Part shown: piece by piece, positions 1 through 13,611 of the stretch
How positions within the stretch are numbered: position 1 is the stretch's first letter
Layout: each line of letters starts with the position of its first letter
NCBI GenBank assembly: GCA_038087875.1
Contig: CM075989.1
Coordinates: forward strand, 8,248,001 to 8,312,000
DNA: 64,000 bases
From: Malacoraja senta
Taxonomy: Eukaryota
Direction of reading: 5' to 3'
The notes under the pieces: generated by a model
Databases searched by the model: none
Told to the model about the DNA's origin: nothing
What the model saw: only the letters and a program-made list of their open reading frames with translations
Position numbers and translations under genes: made by a program

Positions 1-1052
1 GTTCTTCGCTATTCAACAAAGTCTCCGTTAGAGTCGGGTCAGAACTGAGCTGACCCTATCGTGGAGGCCAGCTCTTCTCCCAGTGGCACTCCATACTCTG
101 ACTGGACAGCGAATCGTGCTGCCAGAGAATGGACCTCTGACAACGGCCGTTCTTCGCTAATTTCCAAGTCTCCGTCAGAGTCGGGGTCAGAACTTAGCTG
201 ACCCTCTGCACTCACCTCATGCATGAGGGTGCTTTAAGCAGCCCTCTACCAGGTGCTGCCGGCGTGGCCTTTCTGCAGCCTACCGCCCACACGACTCCTC
301 CCCGGAGTGTGCGTTTCTGGAGCAACCTCTGGATGAGGTGCTCCATTTGGGAGAACCGTTTAAAAACGTCTCCAGCCCCGTACAGGCTCGTTGTGGCCCG
401 ACTCAGTTGAGTCCTAGGGCCTCCCAGACTTCCCCGTGCCTTACACCCGACTGGCGTTGGCTTTGGTGCTTTTTAGCAGTCAGTCTGAAGTCGCCCCGCT
501 CCTGGTCGGCGTTGGCTTTGGTACTTTTTAGCACTCAGTCTGAAGTCGCCCCGCTCCCGGTCGGCGACTGTGCAGGGGTACGAGGCAGCCGCTGACAGAC
601 CGCATTCCCGCGGCTCTCCTATGCTTTACCTGCGGCTGCCCTCCCCCTGCTCGTCTTCATCATGGTGCCTGTAATAAAAAACACAGAGCACCACAAAAAA
701 GAAACGTTTCCCTCCAGCTAAATTTCCCACTTAGCTGGAGCTTTAAAACTATAAAAGTACTTTAAAAGTACTTGCTACAGGAGGAGCTCTGTCCTCCCCT
801 GCTCGTCTTCACCATGGTGCTGCCTGTGACAAAACACAGAGCACAGCACCACAGTAAAGGAAACGTTTTTACTCCAGCTAAGTTTCTCACTTAGCTGGAG
901 CTATAAAACTCTTTAAAATTACTCTAAAAGTACTTACCACGGGAGGAGCTCTGTCCTCCCACTGTCCGTGCGCCAATGCGACCGACGTAATGACGCGCAT
1001 GCGCCCTGACGGGTCTTCTTCACGTAGTCACTAACGTGACTCCGAAGTAAAA
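1..1052 (-). mobile_element. 5' end of a degenerate DIRS-like retrotransposon (leader plus gag-like ORF1 remnant), running off the window start
   Basis: GC/CpG-rich block with a sharp boundary at ~1052 (minus strand starts ttttacttcggagtcacg). Stop-interrupted minus-strand remnants ERFSQMEHLIQRLLQ and GVPLGEELASTI resemble DIRS ORF1. No RT or recombinase in the window, so the family call is from recall. Confidence 0.5.
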
Positions 1053-1281
1053 TTCAATCTGGCAACAATTAACTATAGGTTGGTGAGACTTCTATCAATG
1101 GTAGGGAAATTATTGGAGAACTTTTTAAGGGAGAGGATTTATGTACATTTATAAAGCAAGGTGTTGATCATGGAATATCAGCTTGTCTTTAGCACCTGTG
1201 GCTGAGAGGAGAAAGGGACAATATCTAATTAGAAATTGCACTGTGACTCAAAAGGGTCATTCAAGCAACATTGCTTAGAGG

Positions 1282-1575
1282 TAGTCAATAGTCAATTTTA
1301 TTCGTCACATACACCCAAAGGTGCAGTGAAATGAATTTGCCAGCAGCGGTACAATTTAAAAAAAACCCACAAAACACAATTAGATTTAACGCAAACATCC
1401 ACCACAGCATTCTACACTGTGGTGGAAGGCACAAAGTTCAGTCAGTCCTCCTTGTTCACCCGTGGTCGGGGCCATAAACCTCCGCAGTCGCCGCTACGGA
1501 CGGCCAGATGTACAGGCCCTCTTGTCGGGACAATCGAACACACTCCGCGGCTTGGAGGTCCCGAATTGGCGCAAT
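1282..1575 (-). mobile_element. Non-autonomous retroposon with Rex1-like 3' tail (family also at 6075, 36507, 41115)
   Basis: Shared sequence tttattcgtcacat...gtgcagtgaaatgaatttgccagc...catccaccacagcatt..actgtggtggaagg recurs at four loci. Confidence 0.6.
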
Positions 1576-2384
1576 GTTTAGAAAGGAACTGCAGATGCTG
1601 GTTTAAACCGAAGATAGACACAGAAAGCTGGAGTAACTCAGCGGGACAGACAGAGAGAAGGAAGCAACCGCAGAAGATGCAACACCTGTCCCTATACCTC
1701 CTCCCTCGACTCTGTTCCAGGGACCCCGACAGTCCCTTCGGGTTAGGCAGAGGTTCACTTGCACCTCCTCCAACCTCATCTACTGTATCTGTTGTTCAAG
1801 ATGTGGACTCTTATACATTGGCGAGACCAAACATAGACTGGCCGATCATTTCGCTGAACACCTTCGCTCAGCCTGCCTGAACCTACCGGATCTTCCAGAT
1901 GCTAAATACTTTAATTCTCCTTCCCATTCCCACACAGACCTTTCTGTCCTAGGTCTCCCCAATTGTTAGAGTTAGGCTAAACGCAAATCGGAGGAACAGC
2001 ATCTCGTATTTCGCTTGCGCAGCTTACAGCCCAGTGGTATGAATATTGATTTTGCTCACTTCAGGTAGCCTGGGCATTCCCTCTCTATCCCTCTCCCACC
2101 TAAGTCGTATTCGCTTCTCGTTTTCACCCAACAAACAGCTAACAATGGCCTATTTCCTTTGTCATCTTTACTTTTTTGCATATCTTTCATTCATTGTTCT
2201 TTATCTCTCCACATCATCATCTATATCTCTCGTTTCCCTTATTGCTAACCAGTCTGAAGAAGGGTCTCGACCTGAAACGTCACCCATTCCTTCTCTCCAG
2301 AGATGCTGCCTGTCCCGCTGAGTTACTCCAGCTTTCTGTGTTCATCTTCGGTTTAAACCAGCATCTGCAGTTCCTTTCTAAACA
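1576..2384 (+). mobile_element. Truncated Penelope-like element (PLE): inverted terminal arm, GIY-YIG remnant, 3' pseudo-LTR with hammerhead core
   Basis: 1664-2070 matches the GIY-YIG part of the PLE at 59300-59713; ctgaaga..gaaacgtc at 2254-2281; ends are inverted repeats. Confidence 0.85.
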
Positions 2385-3576
2385 TTGGTTGGAGGTCCAA
2401 TTTTTGTAAGTGCACCCAATAACAAAATTCTGAGGTGCACTTGAAGATTATGGCGAGAGAACTGGGAGAAGCTGGTGAGGTAGGGTGGTTGAACGGGGAT
2501 TGGAGTAACAGATAGAGAAAGGATAGGGATATGGATTGAGAGGATAGGGATTGGAGAGAATTGGAGATGAGCTAAAGAATTGGGGTGAGAGTAGATAGAA
2601 GAATCAGGAGTGAGTGCAGAGAAGAATTAGAATGAGAGAGAGAGTGTTGAGGTGGGGTAGAGAAGATTGAAATAGAAATGAGTGAAATATTTGTGTGGGG
2701 GTAAAGAGAGGATCAGTAGGGCAGATAAATAGTGGGAGAGACGTTCAGGTAAGGTGGAGAGCATGCAGTCTTTTGATGCAACAATGAGTTCACAATTTCA
2801 GATCATAATTACTACTTATATTGATTCTACTGCTGCCTTTAATACCTAATGTAGACAGATCTTTGCTCACTCTTGTTCCATTACTTCACCATTCTGCCTT
2901 GCAATATTAACCTTCAATTCTTAGTGTCCTATTTAATGCACAAAACTGTAACACATTTGACACTATATACTCTGAAAAATTGTAAAGTAACCACGGGGTT
3001 TTACTATGAAACGATGGCTAAGAGTCATTTTGTTGCAGAGTGGAGGAAATTTTATTGAAAAGGTCAAATTCGAAACTAATTATTCACACCAGTCTCATGA
3101 CATTTTCTATCCTTTGGTTTTTTTTAAAAATTATATTTCTTGCTTAAAAGCAATATTAAAAAAATCATTTAAATGTAAATTGTGGATAACACTGTTATCA
3201 TCATGGTGACTGGCTGACAATAATGTCCTGAGGCATTGGCTTTGGATTAACATGCACACGATTGAAATGACAATATCGCTGAAGCATCCTGCTTTAATGA
3301 TTATGCCCACTAACGGTAATTCACTCCCCCATGTTATTGCGTTCAAAGAGGTCCTGTTTGCTTTGCACCTTCCCCCACTGAGTTCACCTATTGTGCATGA
3401 TTTTAACAAAATTATACTTTTACTTTTCTGTAAAATAGTATAAACTAAAATATCCACTCAAAAATAATCTCTAAAAGGTGCTGAAGCAAATGATCATTTT
3501 TAAGGGGGTTGGAATTGCTTCGAACGTTAATCATCATATCCGAAGGAGACAGAACAAGTGTAGGAAATAACATGTT

Positions 3577-3814
3577 GTTTAAGAAGGAACTGCAGATGCT
3601 GGAAAATCGAAGGTACACAAAAATGCTGGAGAAACTCAGCGGGTGCAGCAGCATCTATGGAGCGAAGGAAATAGGCAACGTTTCGGGCCGAAACCCTTCT
3701 TCAAGAACAACCCCCATCAGTCTGAAGAAGGGTTTCAGCCCGAAACGTTGCCTATTTCCTTCGCTCCATAGGTGCTGCTGCACCCGCTGAGTTTCTCCAG
3801 CATTTTTGTGTATC
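3577..3814. mobile_element. Fold-back Penelope pseudo-LTR element
   Basis: Two inverted copies of the PLE 3' end; direct repeat gtaggaaataacatg at 3560-3574 and 3815-3829. Confidence 0.9.
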
Positions 3815-5849
3815 GTAGGAAATAACATGATGTACAGCATCAAGGATTTGGCATCTTTTATTTCCATTTAATATCTCAGCAATCCAGAGGGCATTGTTTA
3901 TGTCAGAGTATTTTTCCTCATGTGCTGATAGTCCCAGGTACTTCACTCAAATGGCAATTTGTCATCTAGAGAGTGAGTAGGAGAAGTTACTTCTCCTTTG
4001 GGTGTCAGTAAGGGTGTCAGGGGTTATGGGGAGAACACAGGAGGATGAGGTTGAGAGGAAAAGATAGATCAACCATGAATGAATGGTGGAGTAGACATGA
4101 TTGGGCGAATGGCCTAATTCTGCTCCGAGAACATTGTGGAGGATGGAGAGTAATATCACAAATGAATCATATCCTAATCTCACCCAGGCGTGCATTTTCC
4201 CTCATGGAATCTGGAAAATGATCCAGATGCACCCATCAACCACACTTCCTTTTTCACCATTGCATGCCCCTCCCAATATCCTGAGGCCATTTGTAGTGCC
4301 AAACATATAACTCTGGCTGATCTCACCACATTCAATCTTGAAGTGGGAAGACTAAATGCTAAATGTGATGAAAACTTACATGCAGCTGTATTCAAAATGG
4401 AATATTGGAGAAGTGTTAGAAAGCACACCAAATTCAAATCGATATATTAAAAACATCCATACTTCATTTCATTTTCTCCTGCCACCTCCCCAACACTTTT
4501 TTTTCCACAATGTTATTTTGTTGATATTGAAGAGAATTTTATGTAGTGGCCTGCAAAGCAAATTGTTCTTTTATCTGCATTTGCCAAATGACTCACAATA
4601 AATGGATCTTCATAATAACACAATCATTAGACACACTTGCATGACAGATAGCCACAACTTAACCATCATAACCTCCTTTTAAAGGCCCTTAGGCTGCAAG
4701 GGAAAAGCAAGTAATAAATATTCAATGGGGGAAGAACTGATTTTATCCCATTTTCTTATTGCATAGATCATTCACAGTGGAGTCAGGAAGTGATCCTAAT
4801 GTTCAATGTGAGGTTTGTATGCTGTCAGGAAAATGATAAATGATTCAGAGAGGGAGAATGCAAAATCCAGTGGATTGGTTTGAAGTCCATCAGGTTGCTG
4901 GTAATTTGTATTCAGGACGGGTTTCTAATTGTCACATTGTGATGTGTTGCAGTGCCAGGCTTTAACTTATTAGGTCCTGTATCTGTTATTAACCTCTCTG
5001 TCATGCTTGAAGCCACTGAAATGAAGAAAACAAAGAATCTGATGGAATCATTTTAGTGTTATGCTGGGAGCAACAGCCCTATGGACAGCACATAGATTTC
5101 TACCTTGTTCCACACTATTGTTTCTGCTTTGAACAAAACTGATATAGTAGCATGACTTTTATTTTAAAATCCTGAATGTTTGATACATTATTCTATTTTA
5201 ATCCTGCGTAGCACAATTTTTATTTTCCCCCATTTTGATTCTTTAAATAGCTCATAACAACATGGGCCTAGGAATTCAATTGCAAAGAATATTTTGAGGA
5301 CAATTTGCAATGAAAAATTGATTTGACCTGCAGTGATACGAGATAGCAGCCATTTCTTGGTAATTTCACATCACTGGAAATGTAAGCAGTCATTCCTGGA
5401 TAACAATAATTTACTAATAGAGCACTTGATTAGGAACCCAATAAGTCCCTTACTTACCTTTAATCCTTCTGGCTGTTCCCTTCCTCTCTCTTCATTTTCC
5501 TTACTTTTGCCAAGTCCAGGCTTCAATCATCTCTACCGTCAATAAATGTTACTGATGCTATGATGCTATGAAAACTTCAAGGTCTCTCCCCTGCTAGACC
5601 AAGATCGTAGGATCGCTTGAGGTTATGACACCTCCTGTACCAAACTCTCTCCCCTTACCATGTATTGGCTCAAGCAATAACAAAGGCTTTGATCAAACTC
5701 CCATACATTTCCACCCACTTCCACCTGGCCACCTACCCAAAGACTGGCCCAGCACTTGCATTTCAATCCTTAGAATAGATTTTCCTCCTGGTCTCTGATC
5801 CCAGCTCCTCTAGCCCGCAACCAGGAAATGCTCCATCTGGGTGCAGTAG

Positions 5850-6550
5850 ATTCAGAGTTATACAGCATGGAAACAGGCCCTTTAGCAAAATCTTGCCCAT
5901 GCCGACCAAGATGCCCCATCTACACTAGCCCCACCTGCCTGTGTCTGGCCCATATCCCTCTAAACCTTTCCTACCCAGGCACCTATCCAAATGTCTTTTA
6001 AATGCTGTTATTGTACCTGCATCAACTACTTCCTCTGGCAGCTTGTTCCATATATCCACCACCCTCAGTGTGAAGTCAAAGTAAAATTTATTCGTCACAT
6101 GCGCCAACTATGGTACAATTAAATGAATTTGCCACGCAGCGATACAGTTGAAAAAAAGAACACACAATACACAATAGAATTTAACACAAACATCCACCAC
6201 AGCATTCTTCACTGTGGTGGAAGGCAACAAAGTTCAGTCAGTCCTCCTCCTTTTGTTCATCCATGGTCGGGGCCATAAACCCTCAAAGATTTGTACCTCA
6301 GGTTCCTATTAAATCGTTTCCCTTTCACCTTTAACCAATATCCTCCAGTTCTTGATTGCCCTACTCTGGGTAAAAGGCACTGTGCATTCAGTCTATCTAT
6401 TCCCTCATGATTTTATACACCTCTATAAGAGCACCCCTCATCCTCCTGCACTCCAAGGAATAACGTCCTAGCCCGCCCAACCTTTCCCTATAACTCAGGC
6501 CCTCAAGTCCTGGCAACATCCTCGGAAACCTTTTATGCACTTTCCAGCTT
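5850..6550 (-). mobile_element. CR1 LINE 3' fragment, interrupted at ~6075-6285 by a Rex1-tailed element
   Basis: Peptides KRFPRMLPGLEGLSYRERL..RRMRGALIEVYKIM and RVVDIWNKLPEEVVDAGTITAFKRHLD. Confidence 0.85.
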
Positions 6551-7284
6551 AGAATTTCTCGACCATAGAATAGATTCATACAACTTCCTCAGTCCATTTG
6601 GCGTATTTTGCCTGAATCAGCATGTTTTAAAATGTACACTCTGCTTCTTGCACTTAGCCCTACATTTATTTTCCTTGTATCTGAAAAATGTGCTTTTTGC
6701 AAATTATGATTGAATATTACCATCACATTTATGGCAGTGTATTCCAAATCATAATAAGATGCTGAGTAAAATAATTTATTCTCCCACTCTTTATTTTAAA
6801 TCTCTGTCCTCTATAAATGACCCTCATAATTCTCACCCTACAATCAAACACCAGCTCCAGTTCCACAGATGCTGGCACTTCTCAGATGACCATCCTTCAC
6901 GTATGAACAAAGACAGCAGGCTTTCTGCCCACGGGAGGCATTGGACAGGTCCTTACCTCATCAGCTATGGAAACACATACCAATTTGTATTTCTCTTCCT
7001 GAGGCAGTTATAGAATCTTTATTGGCATGCAGGAAAGCCAACACTTCACTGGTAGGCACAATCTAGAGGAAATTAGTCCTTCTGACATTTTGTCCATTAC
7101 AGAAGTTTAACATTACATTTTACAACAAGATGGATGCCCTAGATGCTGTAAAGAAATAATGTTATTCTTTGTGACTAAATGTTATGTTTAGTGTCATCAC
7201 CACCAGATGACCTTTATCTGCTCTATTCATAGATCGCTGACTTTGCTGATACTTGCTTTGTTACTGTCATTCCTCAGGTAGTCG

Positions 7285-7930
7285 GGTCAAGTCGTGTTTA
7301 TTGTCATATGTACAAGTACCGTGAGGTAAAGGTACAACACAAAGCTTGCTTGCAACAGCATCACATGCACATGGAGTCAGACAAACAGACAGAACGTAAT
7401 ATTGCACATAAAGTGCACAACACAGTGAAAAGAAAATGACTGCAAAAGAAGACATTAGTGCAAAAACACAATTAAAAGCAAGTCCACGTTAGTGCCTGTC
7501 TGAAGAAGGGTTTCGGCCCGAAACGTTGCCTATTTCCTTCGCTCCATAGATGCTGCTGCACCCGCTGAATTTCTCCAGCATTTTTGTGTACCTTCGATTT
7601 TCCAGCATCTGCAGTTCCTTCTTTAACACAGGTGGTCCATAGTGTTCTATTGCTCAGATTGGATTAGGGTTGTGCAGATAGTTTCAAGAATCTGATAGAT
7701 ATAGGAAAATAGCTGTTCCTGAATTTAGTGCACTTAAAGTTCCTGTACCGCCTGCCTGACGGTAGCAGAGAGAACAGGGCAGGAGGTACAGATCCAGATG
7801 TGGAGATCCTTGATGATAGTTGCCATCTTCTTGAGGCAGCCTTGTCTAGATGCATTTGGTGGTGTTGAGTATTTGGTGAATGCCGAATCTCTTGCAACTT
7901 CTTGGACAGTAGAGGCACGGGTGTACCTAA
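7285..7930 (-). mobile_element. Rex1/Babar LINE 3' fragment containing a PLE pseudo-LTR insert at ~7497-7630
   Basis: LFSLLPSGRRYR..KFRNSYFP motif; gacaataaa tail; hammerhead-bearing insert. Confidence 0.8.
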
Positions 7931-9861
7931 TTCATGATTCTTGAGGCGCAAGTTCAAGTTTAAGCTCATAGTCATGCCTACTATGTTCTGTTGTGCTGAA
8001 GCAAAGCAGGAATTTCATTGTCCTATCAGGGACACATGACAATAAACTCTCTTGAATCTTGAAGTTACATTTATTATCACACGCACCAATTGGTACAGTG
8101 AGATTTGAGTTACCATACAGCCATACGAGGCTGATCATATTTTCACGAGTCCACCTGACATGGTTGACTTGCAGCACTGATGTTGACCCTGTATTCCTAT
8201 TGTACTTGAGCGTCAACCTCATGATTAGAAGCACAGAAAAACTGGAAGAGGAGTGGGCCATTTAAACCATTCAATTTGATAATGGCTGTTCCTCTATCTC
8301 TGTACAATATTCCTCCCCCTCCCCCTACCCCACATGTCAAAGTTCATTTTATATCCAATATCCTTGTATCTTCTTTAAATTTGTAGTACTAGCAATCCAC
8401 AGCCTTCCATAGAAGATAATCACATTCTCTGTAAGAAGGAATTTCTTATCTCAGTCCTAAATCCCGAGATTGTCACCTCTTGCTCTGGACTGCTAGGGAA
8501 AACATCCTCCCTACATTCACCCCATCAAATCCTGTCAGCAATTTGTGTGCTTCAATGTAGTCTCCTCTCATTCTTCTAAATTCTGGTGAACATAGACCTA
8601 ATTGACCCACCGCTCCTTATTCCGTTCACAGCATCCCTGGAATTAGTTCCTGATTGTCTGCAAAGGCCATCCCCACATTGATCATTAACACTATTTTTCT
8701 GCACTGTAATCTTATCATGTAGGCCTGCGCTACATTGCTTCAAAGGAAACCATTTTGTTTTAGAGAAGCCAGCCTTGGCTAGGTTCATATGTGTGCAGTT
8801 GTGGATTGTAAACCACCCTTTAATTGTCACCAATTTCCCGTCAGCTTCAGATTCGACAGTCTTGTTTTCATTTTAAAAATCAGCCTTATTTATAAATATG
8901 GAATACAATATAATCAATATATGTTTTTCTCCACATTCATTGTATCATCAAATCAATATATTCTTTGTGCTATCAAACCAATACATTCTGTTTACAATAC
9001 AATTCTAACTCATATTTCCTCTGATAAGCAGTCTTCTTTATGTAACAGAGAACAGCCTGGTACAAAATCATTGTTTGGTATTTTTCTATAGCTTTGCTCT
9101 GTGCGTCAGAGTTTCTTTTCCCTTTTAAGTGGGTGCGACCAGAGAGATAATCCAACAGATTGTTGAAATTTGCTGATCTATGCAACATGCTGTTGTTGCC
9201 TTTTGCCTGATGAAAGGTGGCTGTCCTGTAATTATTATTTATTTTGTTAGTATGTTCTTCAGTCTGCCCCAGGCATTTGATATGGCTTCTGAGAACTGTG
9301 ATGAGATGACATTCCCAGAGGTGCTGCCATGTACTGTTACTCTTGACTCCACCTCATTAAAATAATCTAGATTTGGACTGCAGGCTTGCACTATCCTGCT
9401 TTTATGCACTCACCATTGTATTTATTATTCCATTTATCCATACTTTATCTATATTGTTTATTCTGTGAGCTTCATGAGAACAAGGAATTTAATTGCACAA
9501 TATCGATATGTATGTGACAATATCCTAATCTAATACAATGTCCACTGAAAGGTGTGCAGATGTATCCTAGATGCTCAGCATGTGATATTTTCCCAGCTCC
9601 CTGCATATTATTGACCAGGCCCTGCCAGGGATTATCCCATAATACATGTCCCAAAACCCAGAATAAGTCACAGACATGAACCCTGTGCCCTTCCATTCTA
9701 GGAAAGATTTTTTTTTGGGTACAAAATGTGTGTTTTTTTGGGGAATGTATTAACATAAACAGTCTGTTTCTTCTATCTTCAGAGAAAATGCCAGCTGTGA
9801 CTCAGTGGTCACACTCTCACCTCTGAGTCAGATCCCTCTCCAGAGATTTGGGCAAATAAAA

Positions 9862-10926
9862 TGTGTAGGAAAGAACTGCAGATGCTGGTTTAAATCAAAG
9901 ATAGACACAGAATGCTGGAGTAACTCAGCGGGACAGGCAGCATCTCTGGAGAGAAGGAATGGGACATCATCGGAGATGTCCTCATTCTTTAGGGAACCCC
10001 CCCATTATAGATGAGCCTCTTCCATTTTGGATGAGGCTCTCACTAGGGTCTCCGCGATATCCTGGAGCTCTGCTCCAGCTCCCCCTCCCCCCCATTCATA
10101 ACAAGGACATAGTCTCCCTTGTCCTCACCTTCCACCCCATCAGCCGTCACATACAGCACATAATCATCTTTGCCACCTCCATCGGGATCCCACAACTAGC
10201 CACATCTTCCTATCTCCACCCCTTTCTGTTTTCCACAGAGACCGTTCCCTCCACAACTCCCTGGTTAACTCGTCCCTTCCCACCCAAACCACCTCCTCCT
10301 CAGGTACTTTCCCCTGCAACAGCAGGAGATGCAACACCTGTCCCTTTACCTCCGCCCTCGACTCCGTCAAAGGATCCCGACAGTCTTTTCAGGTGAGGCA
10401 GAGGTTTGCTTGCATCTCCTCCAACCTCATCTACTGTATCCACTGTTCCAGGTGTGGACTCCTGTATGTTGGCGCAACCAAGCGCAGGCTCGGCCGTTGT
10501 TTTGCTGAACACCTCCGCTCATGCCACCTAAACTGACCTGATTTTCCGGTTGCTCAACACTTTAACTCCCCCTCCCATTCCCACACTGACCTTTCTGTCC
10601 TGGGCCTCCTCTATTGTCAGAGCGAAGCCCAGCGCAAATTGAGGGAAGAGCACCTCATACAGTATTTAGCTTGGGTAGCTTATACCCCAGTAGTATGAAC
10701 ATTGACTTCTCTAACTTCAAGTAGCTCTTGCTTTCCCTCTCTCTCCATCCCCTCCCCCTTCCCAGTTCTCCCACCGGTCTTACTGCCTCCGACTACAGTT
10801 TATCTCTGTACCGCCCACTCCCCCGACATCAGTCTGAAGAAGGGTCTCGACCCAAAATGTCACCCATTCCTTCTCTCCAGAGATATTGCCTGTCCAGCTG
10901 AATTACTCCAGCATTCTGTGTCTAAC
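9862..10926 (+). mobile_element. Truncated PLE with inverted 5' arm, degenerate RT C-terminus/GIY-YIG and 3' pseudo-LTR
   Basis: Homologous to 58960-59918; likely TSD ttgggcaaataa (9848-9859) / ttgggaaaataa (10927-10938). Confidence 0.88.
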
Positions 10927-12005
10927 TTGGGAAAATAATCTTAGGTGATAATTCAGAGCAAGGAGCACTGATAAAGCACTTGACTGTTAATGATATAATT
11001 TTTGTGAAGACACCCACCAACTTTTCATTTCATCATAAAAGACCCTCTAAAGAAATGTATGAGAATTTCACCAAGGCATAGAAAGCTGAAAACCAAGTAC
11101 TAATAAATGGCATTAGTATAGATGGGTACTTGAAGGTGGGTTCGACATGGTGGGCTCGAAATTCTGTTTCTGGGCTGTATGATTCCTTGACCCTCGGATA
11201 TCAAGCTAATATTTCATCTTCAACTATCTCTCCTGCATTACAACATCTGGCGACATTGCATTGATAATTGTGAGATCTTACGCAGCATAAATTAACTTTC
11301 ATGTTTGCCTACATAATAACAGTAACGACACATTAAAAATAGTTCATTGACTGTGCTTTGGGATATACAGAATTTTTGTAATAAATCCCTACTGAATTTT
11401 CATTGCATTTTTGCGATAAATGAATTAATTTTTATATTGCATTTTTAAACAATGACAGATTTACTTATTTACTTATTTTTTATATGTTTCACCACATCAG
11501 ACCTGAGATGGGCATGCAATAGTGTTGTGGTTCAGTAACTGGACCAGCATCCTGAACATTGACCCAGTTATGAATTTGAACCCCACCATAGCCAATGGAG
11601 AAAGTAAATTCAAATTATTAAATGTTTGGATTATCTTCAAAGTCATGAAATTACTGTGCAGCTATGCTGCTCATCATATCCACCAAGGTTCTCCAGGGAA
11701 GGAATTTGCCATCCATGCGCCTAATAAGTTCATGTCATAGGAACAGAATGTGGCTATTAGGCCCGTCGAGTCGACTCAGGAAATTCAATTATAGCTGATC
11801 ATAATAACTGATATGTGAACACAGACCTACCAATGTCTTAGACCAAGACCAACCACTCTTAGCATTTCCTTCACTTTGTGTAATTAGACAAAGACAATAA
11901 CGACTGACATTGCAAATAGCATCCACATCACATGAACTGATAAAATAATAATAAAGCAAACTCCACATAATAGAGGCCTGGAAGATACCAGTTTTGATCC
12001 TTGTT

Positions 12006-12590
12006 AACATAAAACATAGAAACATAGAAAATAGGTGCAGGAGGAGGCCATTCGGCCCTTCGAGCCAGCACCGCCATTCATTGTGATCATGGCTGATCGT
12101 CCCCTATCAATAACCCGTGCCTGCCTTCTCCCCATATCCCTTGACTCCACTAGCCCCTCGAGCTCTATCTAACTCTCTCTTAAATCCATCCAGTGACTTG
12201 GCCTCCACTGCCCTCTGTGGCAGGGAATTCCATAAATCCACAACTCTCTGGGTGAAAACGTTTTTTCTCACCTCAGTCTTAAATGACCTCCCCTTTATTC
12301 TAAGACTGTGGCCCCTGGTTCTGGACTCGCCCAACATTGGGAAAAAATTTCCTGCATCTAGCTTGTCCAGTCCTTTTATAATTTTATATGTTTCTATGTT
12401 TTATATGTTTCTATAAGATTCCCCCTCATCCTTCTAAACTCCAGTCTTGTCTTTTCAATCTTTCCTCATATGACAGTTCCACCATCCCAGGGATCAATCT
12501 CGTGAACCTACGCTGCACTGCCTCAATCACAAGGATGTCCTTCCTCAAATTAGGAGACCAAAATTGTACACAATACTCCAGATGTGTTCT
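12006..12590 (-). mobile_element. CR1 LINE 3' fragment
   Basis: [17 protein letters not shown] and ESRTRGHSLRIKG..FTQRVVDLWNSLP peptides; (ttctatgt)n tail. Confidence 0.9.
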
Positions 12591-12604
12591 GTAATAATTT
12601 AACA

Positions 12605-12825
12605 CACCAGTTTGTACGTTATCCCCGTGACCACCTGGGTTCTCTCTGGGTGCTCCGGTTACTTCCAACACTCAAAAGATGTACAGGATTGTAGGTTAAT
12701 TGGCTTTGGTAAAAATTGTACATTGTCCCTATTGTGCAGGATAATGTTAGTGATCGCTGGTCGACATGGACTTGGTGAGCCAAAGGGCCTGTTTCGACGC
12801 AGCGTCTGTAAACTAAACTAAGTTA
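12605..12825 (+). mobile_element. V-SINE/HE1-like SINE, 5' truncated
   Basis: V-domain gggtgctccggtt...caaagatgtacagg; tail taaactaaactaa. Confidence 0.8.
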
Positions 12826-13611
12826 AACATGAGATTGCACAAAGATAAGATGCTGTCAGTGCAACCAGAGTGTCTTAGTTGCTATCCTGAAACCTATCCT
12901 GTAAAACAAAACAAAATTGGACCTTGCTTCTAACATCTCTCACAAATGAACAGGCCATCAACTCATGCTTTGGCTGACCACATGGCAGCAGAAGGTTAAC
13001 AACGTTTGAAGAACCATATTCAAGTTCAACACTTAATTTATATTGAAGGTAACCTGGTGGTACAGTTCCAAAGCATCCACACTTCATTATCTTCCATCAG
13101 GATAGGAAGGACTCAGCAGAGTAAAACTAGATTACAAATGTTAGTAGTCTAGTGGGTTTCTAGAGAAATAGCATTTCTGCATTAATATGTCCCATGCCCA
13201 CAAGGCTCATTTAATGCCTTGATGAAATATGCTATTGACCATATTCCATACCTATTAATATTAATAATAACCTGGATAATTCCATTAAATACATATACGT
13301 ACACTTTACTTCATTGTATGAAATTCTTCCCCAAGATGGTAGGTTTTAGTATATTAAGTGTCTAATGATGAGGGTTCATTAATGATTTCGTTTTCACATT
13401 ATACTTCGATGCTTTTTTAAGCTACAGATTAATTTCCTTTGTACTGATCTTTGCAAATGTGAGTCAATCAACTTTACCAAAAGAGGTCAATTTTTTTTAA
13501 CACTTCATTATCTCTAGTTCTCACTTGACCCAATGAGTGTCTCGTCACTTAGTATAAACTGTTTCTATGATTTAATTAAGCCATATTTATCATTGTCTGA
13601 GCCTATATCAC

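Noticed and set aside
2450..2760. Purine-rich GA tract
   Set aside because: Degenerate low-complexity sequence with no clear unit or structure
6955..7065. Possible minus-strand host exon (ttcctctag|ATT..., donors gtatgt or gtaagg; IVPTSEVLAFLHANK...)
   Set aside because: No recognisable protein and no partner exons found; would need RNA-seq or homology
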